The translations under genes were made by a program, and so were the position numbers. From NCBI GenBank assembly GCA_963721725.1, contig CAVRLX010000032.1, positions 68,380 to 132,379 of the forward strand: DNA of 64,000 nucleotides, written 5' to 3'. Shown one piece after another: positions 57,584 to 64,000 of this stretch. Positions within the stretch are counted from its first letter, which is position 1; each line of letters begins with the position of its first letter. Source of the stretch: an uncultured Chloroflexia bacterium (GTDB lineage: Bacteria; Chloroflexota; Anaerolineae; Caldilineales; Caldilineaceae). The notes under the pieces are model-generated. The model did no database searches, was not told the origin of the DNA, and saw only the letters and a program-made list of their open reading frames with translations.

Positions 57584-59041
57584 ATGCAACAGGGGTTGAC
57601 CACAAGTCCATATCAGGAGTATCAGGTGCGCCGAGCCAGCCGACCAGGACTGCTCAAGCGGCCCCAGTTGTTGTTTATGCTGGCGCTGGCGGGGGTAGAT
57701 ATTGTAGGAACATGGCTGGCGTTCTACCTGGCCCATGGGTGGATCAGCGACAACCCCGACGTGATCATTGGACCATTTGCGGAATTTTTGCCCCTCCCTC
57801 TCATCCAATCGGCGATTTTGTTCCTCTGTTTCTTTGCCCAGCGCATGTATCAGCGCCGCCGCCCTGTGGCCCATCTGGACGAAACCTATCGCATCATCAC
57901 CATGACCTCGCTTAGCATGTTGCTAACCGTGGCCTGTGTGGCGCTGCTTTTGAAAGACTCGGATCTGATTTTCCGGTCGATCTTCTTTTATGCCTGGGTG
58001 TTTAGCATTGGCCTGATCACCGTGGGCCGCGTGATCCACGCCCAGGTGCAGTGGCAGGCTCAATCACGCGGCATTGGCGAAGATCGCGTGTTGCTCATCG
58101 GCGCGGGCGAGACTGGACGCATGATTCTGCACAAGATTTTAATCAACCCCCAACTGGGCTATCGCATTGTGGGCATCATCGACAACCGCAATCTGCGCTC
58201 GCTGTTGGGCATCCCCGTGTTGGGCAGTTTTGCCGACATTCCCGGCGTCATCGAAGCCTATGGCGTGGACGAGGTAATCATCGGCCTGCCCGAAAGCAGC
58301 CATCAGGAGATCGTGGGCATCATCAGCCTGTGCGAGCGCGAGAAGGTGGGCATTCGCGTCTTCCCTGATGTCTTTCAGATTATGGCAAGCGAAGTGACGA
58401 TTGGCGATCTGGGTGGGCTGCCGTTGCTCACCATGCGCGATGTGGCGTTGCAAGGCTGGCGGCTGACGCTGAAGCGGGGCATGGATATTGTGTGCAGCGC
58501 GGCGGGGCTGGTGTTGCTCAGTCCGTTTATGGTGTTGGTGGCGACTCTGGTCAAACTGGATAGCCCCGGAGCCGTCTTCTATGTACAGGAGCGCATGGGT
58601 CTGGATGCGCGGCCTTTTCGCATGCTCAAATATCGCTCCATGCGCCAGGACGCCGAACAGCAAGGCCCCGGCTGGACCACAGAAGATGATCCGCGCCGCA
58701 CCAAACTGGGGTCGATTATGCGCCGCTTCAACATCGACGAACTGCCCCAGTTGATCAACGTGCTTATGGGCGACATGAGCCTTGTCGGTCCCCGCCCAGA
58801 GCGCCCGATCTATGTGGAACAGTTCCGCCAACAGATCCCGCGCTACATGGACCGTCACCGCGAAAAGGCCGGCATGACCGGCTGGGCACAGGTTAACGGC
58901 ATGAGGGGCGACACCTCGATTGCCGAGCGCACCAAATACGATCTCTGGTACATTGAAAACTGGTCGCTGGCCCTCGACTTCAAAATCATTCTGCGTACGA
59001 TTGTGCAGACGATCTTTAATAGTAATCGCAACGCCTATTAG
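57584..59041 (+). CDS. polyprenyl-phosphate hexose-1-phosphate transferase (WbaP/WcaJ/EpsL-type bacterial sugar transferase)
   Basis: N-terminal TM segments are followed by a Rossmann-like region LLIGAGETGRMILHKI. The C-terminal Bac_transf signature reads SPGAVFYVQERMGLDARPFRMLKYRSM...DELPQLINVLMGDMSLVGPRPERP. Confidence 0.9.
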   Translation: MQQGLTTSPYQEYQVRRASRPGLLKRPQLLFMLALAGVDIVGTWLAFYLAHGWISDNPDVIIGPFAEFLPLPLIQSAILFLCFFAQRMYQRRRPVAHLDETYRIITMTSLSMLLTVACVALLLKDSDLIFRSIFFYAWVFSIGLITVGRVIHAQVQWQAQSRGIGEDRVLLIGAGETGRMILHKILINPQLGYRIVGIIDNRNLRSLLGIPVLGSFADIPGVIEAYGVDEVIIGLPESSHQEIVGIISLCEREKVGIRVFPDVFQIMASEVTIGDLGGLPLLTMRDVALQGWRLTLKRGMDIVCSAAGLVLLSPFMVLVATLVKLDSPGAVFYVQERMGLDARPFRMLKYRSMRQDAEQQGPGWTTEDDPRRTKLGSIMRRFNIDELPQLINVLMGDMSLVGPRPERPIYVEQFRQQIPRYMDRHREKAGMTGWAQVNGMRGDTSIAERTKYDLWYIENWSLALDFKIILRTIVQTIFNSNRNAY

Positions 59042-59044
59042 CCC

Positions 59045-59948
59045 TTAGCTTGCCACCAATACTCCCTGGGCAAAGCCAATCTCCCACCGTTCGCCCACCC
59101 TCCCGATAGTTCCCGGTTCCCCGCCGCTGTCTGAGTAACTCCATGCTTTGGAAAACCCTACTCTTTCTCCGTCGATGAAAACCTCATACAGTATTCCCCA
59201 CGCGGCTGTGCCCCGCATAAAATTGAATGCCCGCTGCGCCGTCCAATCCAGCGAAAGCGTAAAATCATCCGCGCTGGGCAAGGGCTGATGGCTGCCTTCT
59301 GCTGACTGTGGACGCCGCACCGCTGTGCCCTGTGCAATGGCGTCCAGCACATTGACGAGTAAATCCCCCCCCGTATTGGCAACGGTTCGCGCAATTTTTG
59401 ACCATTCCAAACCATCGCCTAGAGTCACATCGGCTTGCGCTGCAATATCACCCGTGTCCACGCCAGCATCCATCCAATGCACAGTGACGCCGACGGGATT
59501 GACGCCATCGCGCAGTTGCCAGAAGAGTGGTTCGGGTCCGCGATAGTGGGGCAAGCACGAGGGGTGGAGATTGAGAAAGCCGTGTCGAGGCATCGAGAGC
59601 AAGGATGATGGAATGATGCGGTTGAAACAGGCTACACATGCCACATCCGGGGCGAGATCGCGTAGCCAGCGTTGCGTGTGGGGCGAGCGCAAACGCTCTA
59701 CGGCATAGACGGGGATGCCCTGTTGCCACGCTCGCTGCACAATACTCTCTTCCACATACGACGAGATCAGCGGTAAGTCGAAATCCTCCGCGGGCGTGGG
59801 ATCAGGGTCGAGACGGGCAACACCCGCCGCGGCTCTGATTCGGCTCGGTGGGGATCACCACGGCAGCGATCTCGTGGGCGCTGTTCAGCAGTGCATTCAA
59901 TGGTGGCAGCGAAAAAATGCCCCGCATCCCAAAAAATAGAAGACGCAT
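59045..59948 (-). CDS. formyltransferase family protein (Fmt-like); 1 frameshift near 59800
   Basis: The N-terminus is MRLLFFGMRGIFSLPPLNALLNSAHEIAAVVIP. It continues as ...FNRIIPSSLLSMPRHGFLNLHPSCLPHYRGPEPLFWQL...VTVHWMDAGVDTGDI (the HPSxLPxxRG motif), followed by a C-terminal Fmt-type domain. Confidence 0.8.
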
Positions 59949-59954
59949 CTGGCT

Positions 59955-59984
59955 TTGACACTCCGTTTCCCAACCCGCTATAAT
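59955..59984 (+). promoter_or_regulatory. consensus sigma-70-type promoter (TTGACA-18 nt-TATAAT) for yggX
   Basis: -35 TTGACA is at 59955..59960 and -10 TATAAT is at 59979..59984. The AAAGGAG RBS at 60033 and the ATG at 60046 follow. Confidence 0.6.
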
Positions 59985-60045
59985 CAAGGCAATCACGAAA
60001 TTCTGGCGCAAAGCCTCATCTGCGCTCTATCCAAAGGAGCCACTC

Positions 60046-60368
60046 ATGGCCTATATGGTCAACTGTGTAAAATTGGGTCGCGAACTGCCCGGCCTCGAAC
60101 GTCAACCCTATCCCGGCGAAATGGGCCAGCGTATCTATGAAAATATTTCGCAACAGGCCTGGGAAATGTGGATGCAGCACTCGGTGATCCTCATCAACCA
60201 CTACGGCCTCAGCCTGGGCGACCCCAAGGCGCGCGAGTTCTCTGGAAGAGCAGATGGAAGAGTTCTTCTTTGGCGTAGGCGCGGCCATGCCCGACGGCTG
60301 GTCTCCTGAAGGGACACCCGGTGCCAAGGGTGCAGCCCCCGCCAAGGGTGCGCCGCGAACGGAAGTAA
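60046..60368 (+). CDS. yggX: Fe(2+)-trafficking / oxidative-damage protection protein YggX; frameshift near 60240, 3' end uncertain
   Basis: MAYMVNCVKLGRELPGLERQPYPGEMGQRIYENISQQAWEMWMQHSVILINHYGLSLGDPKARE... continues in another frame as ..EEQMEEFFFG. That frame as given reads through the terminator, so a second indel or an earlier stop (TAA near 60366) is likely. Confidence 0.75.
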
Positions 60369-60382
60369 ATTTGTACGTCAAC

Positions 60383-60417
60383 AAAAAGGAGGCAACTCAT
60401 CGAGTTGCCTCCTTTTT
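60383..60417. terminator. bidirectional Rho-independent terminator between convergent yggX and proS
   Basis: AAAAA-GGAGGCAACTC-atc-GAGTTGCCTCC-TTTTT is an 11-bp perfect stem with an A-tract on one side and a T-tract on the other. Confidence 0.85.
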
Positions 60418-60428
60418 GTTCAGGTATC

Positions 60429-62211
60429 CTACCCCATCGTCTCTTTCTTCAACAAGCCCCGGATCACCGCCCACTCTTCCGCCAGCGCAGCTTCAACCCC
60501 GCTCACGATATCGTCCAAGGCAATTTCACGGGTCTCGCCGGTGCGGCGGATCTTGACTTCGGCCACGCCATTTTCCACGCCGCGCTTGCCCACGGTCAGG
60601 CGCAGGGGAAAGCCCAGCAGGTCGGCGTCGTTGAACTTGACGCCGGCGCGCTCGTTGCGGTCGTCATAGAGCACCTCCACACCCGCCCCGCCCAGCCGGG
60701 CATAGACCGTGTTGGCGGCTTCAACCACTTCGGGCGTCTTCTCCGTGGCGAGGCTGACCAGCGACACGGCATAGGGCGCAATACTTACCGGCCAGATGAT
60801 GCCATTCTCGTCGTTGTAGACCTCCAACACCGAGGCCATTAGCCGGTCCGAGCCGATGCCGTAGCAGCCCATGACCATGGGGTGGCTTTCGCCGTTTTCG
60901 TCGGAAAAGTCGCGCCCATGGCCGTGCTATATTTCGTGCCCAGTTTGAAGATGTTGCCCACCTCCACGCCGCGCACGGCCTGGAGAGTGCCGCCGCAGAT
61001 CGGGCAGGCATAGCCTTCCGCCGCTGCCACCAGATCCACGACAATGTCAGCGCTGTAATCGCGGCCATAGTTGACGCTTTTGTAGTGCCAGTTGAGCCGA
61101 TCGGCCCCGGCCACTAGATTGGGACTGGCGGCAATCAGATCATCCACCACCAGCAAGACTTGGCTACGGTCGATGCCGATGGGCGAGCCATAGCCCGGCT
61201 CGGCCCCCACGGCGCGGATCTCGTCGGGCGTGGCCGGGCGCACTTTGCGCGCTTTGAGGACATTGGTCAGTTTGGTCTCGTTGAGTTCCATGTCGCCGCG
61301 CACGACCACAAAGACAAACTGCTGGCGCGAGGATTTAGCATCCTCCTCGTCGTCCACCTCAGCCATGAGAAAAATGGCTTTGGCGGTGCGGCTTTCGGGC
61401 ACGTCTAAAAACTTCGCCAGGGCGGCAATGGTGTTGACGCCTGGCGTCTCGACCTCTTCCAATCCCCCGGCTTCCTCGGCAGCGGGCGTGGGCTTGACGA
61501 AGCTGGCGATCTGGCGGTTGGCCTTGTAATGGCAGCTATCGCAGATGAGCAGTGTGTCCTCGCCGATGGGGGTGAGGGTCATAAACTCATGGGCCATGGT
61601 GCCGCCCATCATGCCCGTGTCGCTCTCCACGGCGATCACATCCAGCCCGGCGCGGCGGAAGATATTGAAATAGGCTTGATAGACGCTAGGGTAATAGGCA
61701 TCCAAATCGGCGAGATCAGTGTGGAAGGAGTAGCCATCCTTCATGGTGAACTCGCGGACGCGGATCAGGCCACCGCGGGGCGGGGTTCGTCGCGGAACTT
61801 GGTCTGGATCTGATAAAGCATAAAGGGAAGCTGGCGATAGCTGCTGACGATCTGTGACACCATGTCGGTGATCACCTCTTCGTGGGTCATGCCCAGGCAG
61901 AGATCGCGCCCGCTGCGATCCTTGAGACGTGCCATATCGTCGCCGATCTCGTACCAGCGGCCGGTGCGCTGCCAGAGTTCGGCGGGCTGCACCACGGGCA
62001 GTGTGACTTCCTGGCCGTCGATGGCGTCCATCTCCTCGCGGAAGATCTGCTCAATCTTGTTCTTCACGCGCAGCCCCAGGGGGAGATATTCAAAAATGCC
62101 CGCGGCCACTTGGCGCACCAATCCGGCGCGCAGCATAAGTTTGTGGCTGATAATGTCGGCATCGGCGGGGACTTCCCGCAGGGTTTGGAAAAAGAGTTTG
62201 GACATGCGCAT
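60429..62211 (-). CDS. proS: prolyl-tRNA synthetase (bacterial type with INS editing domain); 2 frameshifts (about 61775 and about 60895)
   Basis: [46 protein letters not shown]...[12 protein letters not shown] runs into ...MKDGYSFH...AIFLMAEV..., then ...[30 protein letters not shown]...[16 protein letters not shown]. Confidence 0.9.
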
Positions 62212-62314
62212 GGGAATGGCTCCGGTATGGCTCGTTGGGAAACGTCTGTTTTGAAAAAGGCTGGCTCGTCGGCTGAAACGTAATGCATCTTTTTGTTTCA
62301 GTTCGCATCACGAA

Positions 62315-62731
62315 TTACGCATCACGCAATAATACCTCCACCCGCTCACTCAACTGCCCAATGCTGATAATCCCCGTGTGGCGGTCGATCTCTGCGCCGT
62401 TGCGGAAGAAGATCAGCGTGGGCACGCCCAGCAGGGTGTAGCGTTCGGGGATGGTTGCGTTCTCTTCCACGTCCAGTTTGGCAACCACAACGCGCTCGTC
62501 GAAATCCTCGGCCAAAAATTGCACAGTGGCGGCCATCACATGGCAGGGTTCGCACCAATCGGCCCAAAAATCGACCACGGCTAACTTGTCGCTGCCCAAG
62601 ATGATCTCGTCGAAATCCGCATCGTCCACACGGATGGGACGGGGCCGTGGCGCGGCGGCGGGTTGCGCGGACGGCGCTTGCGCCGCTGGGGCCTGCTTTG
62701 GGCGGAAGAGTTGGGTAAGTTTAGTCAACAT
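62315..62731 (-). CDS. thioredoxin with an atypical WCEPC active site and a Pro/Ala-rich N-terminal extension
   Basis: ..LAVVDFWADWCEPCHVMAATVQFLAEDF...LLGVPTLIFFRNG. The first ~35 aa (..KQAPAAQAPSAQPAAAPRPRP) are low-complexity. Confidence 0.88.
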   Translation of the reverse strand: MLTKLTQLFRPKQAPAAQAPSAQPAAAPRPRPIRVDDADFDEIILGSDKLAVVDFWADWCEPCHVMAATVQFLAEDFDERVVVAKLDVEENATIPERYTLLGVPTLIFFRNGAEIDRHTGIISIGQLSERVEVLLRDA

Positions 62732-62829
62732 AAGTATGGGCGTGAGCAGAGATTAGGCGATTGGAGCAGAAGTTTAATCTCCTAATCTCTCAATCGCTAA
62801 GCATTAACTTAATGTCATTAAATCGCTAA

Positions 62830-63258
62830 TCACCAATCCCTAATCCCCGCCTTCGCCTCCCGAATTTCATAATCGTGGGTGATGGTGGCGACGCCAGCCA
62901 GGGTGGCGTGCGCGCCACAATATTTTTCGACGCTAAGATCAATGGCACGCTCGACTTTGGCAGCATCCAGGCCATTGCCAATGGCAATATAGTGGAGATG
63001 AATAGTTTGCCACGGACGCGCACCCTCTTCGCTGCGCTGGCCGTCGATCTCAATTTGGAGATCGGCCAGCGGCTGACGCTGCTTTTGCAAGATGTTCACC
63101 ACATCGTACATAGTGCAGCCGCCCAGCCCCAACAACAGCATCTGCATGGGGCTGACGCCGGGGCCTTCGCCGCTGGCCGTAATCAGCGCGCTGTGGCCGT
63201 TGGCATCAATGCCGAGATAGGTTTTGTCTTCGATCCACTTAACGCGGGCTTTGGCCAT
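62830..63258 (-). CDS. OsmC/Ohr family peroxiredoxin-like protein
   Basis: An intact 142-aa ORF: ..GVSPMQMLLLGLGGCTMYDVVNIL...EKYCGAHATL. Two conserved Cys are in the OsmC arrangement. Confidence 0.85.
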   Translation of the reverse strand: MAKARVKWIEDKTYLGIDANGHSALITASGEGPGVSPMQMLLLGLGGCTMYDVVNILQKQRQPLADLQIEIDGQRSEEGARPWQTIHLHYIAIGNGLDAAKVERAIDLSVEKYCGAHATLAGVATITHDYEIREAKAGIRDW

Positions 63259-63279
63259 TATTCCTGCTCCGTTTGCAGT

Positions 63280-63681
63280 CTAGTCGCTGCCACCTGGATG
63301 CTGCACGTGGTGAACCAGGATGCAGTTCTCAATCACGTCCATGCCATTCTCTTTGGCCCATTGGATGGCGGCAGGATCTTCGGCTCCGGGCTGAAACCAG
63401 ATGGCTTTGGCCCCGGCTGCTTTGGCCTGTTTCACCGTGCTCAGGGCATAGCGCGGCGGGATGACCATGTCCACCACTGTGGGCGCTTCGGGCAGCTCAG
63501 TGACCCATTTATAGGCGGCGTCGCCTTCGATCTGTGCCTCTTGCGGGTTGACGGGATAGACCCGATAGCCAGCCCCGCGGAATGTGCGATAGATGCGGTT
63601 GCCAAACTTGCGTCGGTCATTGCTGGCCCCGATCACAGCCCACACCGGTTCATTGGCATATTTTTCAACCAGATTTGACAA
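63280..63681 (-). CDS. CoA-binding domain protein (YccU/YneT-like)
   Basis: An intact 133-aa ORF: WAVIGASNDRRKFGNRIYRTFRGAGYRVYPVNP...VVDMVIPP...AKAIWFQPGAE. Confidence 0.85.
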   Translation of the reverse strand: MSNLVEKYANEPVWAVIGASNDRRKFGNRIYRTFRGAGYRVYPVNPQEAQIEGDAAYKWVTELPEAPTVVDMVIPPRYALSTVKQAKAAGAKAIWFQPGAEDPAAIQWAKENGMDVIENCILVHHVQHPGGSD

Positions 63682-64000
63682 GGCCCTCTCCTTCAGTGAT
63701 TCAATCGCCGGAGAAATTCTGTTCCTGAGTATAAACTCGCCCGATCAAAGATGTCAAAGAAAGCGCCATACCCATACCCACAGCAGCGCACGAACAACTT
63801 CAGAACATGGGCTGGCTATGGTGGAAACAACCCAACATTACTGCCAGAATGCAAAAACATCACTTTCCCAGACTAGGTATGTAGGGTATACTGAGCGTAG
63901 GCTTCCCCCTTTGCCCCAACCACCCTTCCTATACACCATTGGGGCAGTACACCGTTCCCTGTTTCATCGTGTCGAGCCGGCGTGCCGGTATCGCTTTTTA

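Noticed and set aside
62875-63678. A 267-aa plus-strand ORF spanning two minus-strand genes.
   Set aside because: It runs antisense across both the OsmC-family and CoA-binding genes and their intergenic gap. Both of those genes have clear family signatures and this ORF has none.
63682-64000. The AT-richer terminal 320 bp as a possible RNA gene or mobile-element end.
   Set aside because: I found only one small inverted repeat (TGCCCCAA-N19-TTGGGGCA, about 63921..63955). There is no tRNA-like T-arm or acceptor features and no repeat shared with the rest of the window. It is most simply the promoter region of the CoA-binding/OsmC genes, and there is too little sequence to judge.

Overview
A 64-kb high-GC bacterial chromosomal segment (I estimate about 60% GC from line-by-line counts, not computed). 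I found no rRNA, tRNA, CRISPR array, integrase or transposase.

Gene content, in order:
- A heavily frameshifted glutamate synthase pair (gltD and gltB, minus strand, 1-6114).
- A low-GC, degraded HicB-like plus papain-fold (C39-like) peptidase cassette.
- ybjQ and a large hypothetical membrane or secreted protein.
- Two MFS transporters, a class-V aminotransferase, and sarcosine/dimethylglycine-oxidase-family and GcvT-family enzymes.
- A low-GC PMT/ArnT-like glycosyltransferase, an alpha/beta hydrolase and an SMP-30 lactonase.
- A HepT/MntA (HEPN/nucleotidyltransferase) toxin-antitoxin pair, then cutC.
- A CUT1-type sugar ABC transporter and a short collagen-like secreted protein.
- An intact glgX-treY-treZ trehalose operon and a NarL-type two-component system.
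- An 18.5-kb co-directional minus-strand array (37869-56336). It holds three giant secreted proteins: a cadherin/Calx-beta/IPT/beta-propeller protein, a polyglycine-hydrolase-like S12 beta-lactamase-fold protein, and a beta-helix protein with near-identical 543-bp tandem repeats. These are interleaved with FAD amine oxidases, an ATP-grasp-like protein and an MBL hydrolase.
- A GT2, a polyprenyl-phosphate sugar transferase and a formyltransferase.
- yggX, proS, a thioredoxin, an OsmC-family protein and a CoA-binding protein.

Two window-wide features stand out:
1. About 30 single-base frame disruptions in otherwise well-conserved genes, strongly concentrated in the first 7 kb. These are either assembly indels or very recent pseudogenisation.
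2. Several families of intergenic palindromic or MITE-like repeats, plus a conserved roughly 45-bp AT-rich motif found only in two divergent intergenic regions.

The repeat families resemble those I associate with Chloroflexota genomes, but that taxonomic guess is inference only. I could not identify a complete, clearly novel multi-gene system. The best candidates for follow-up are listed in the findings.
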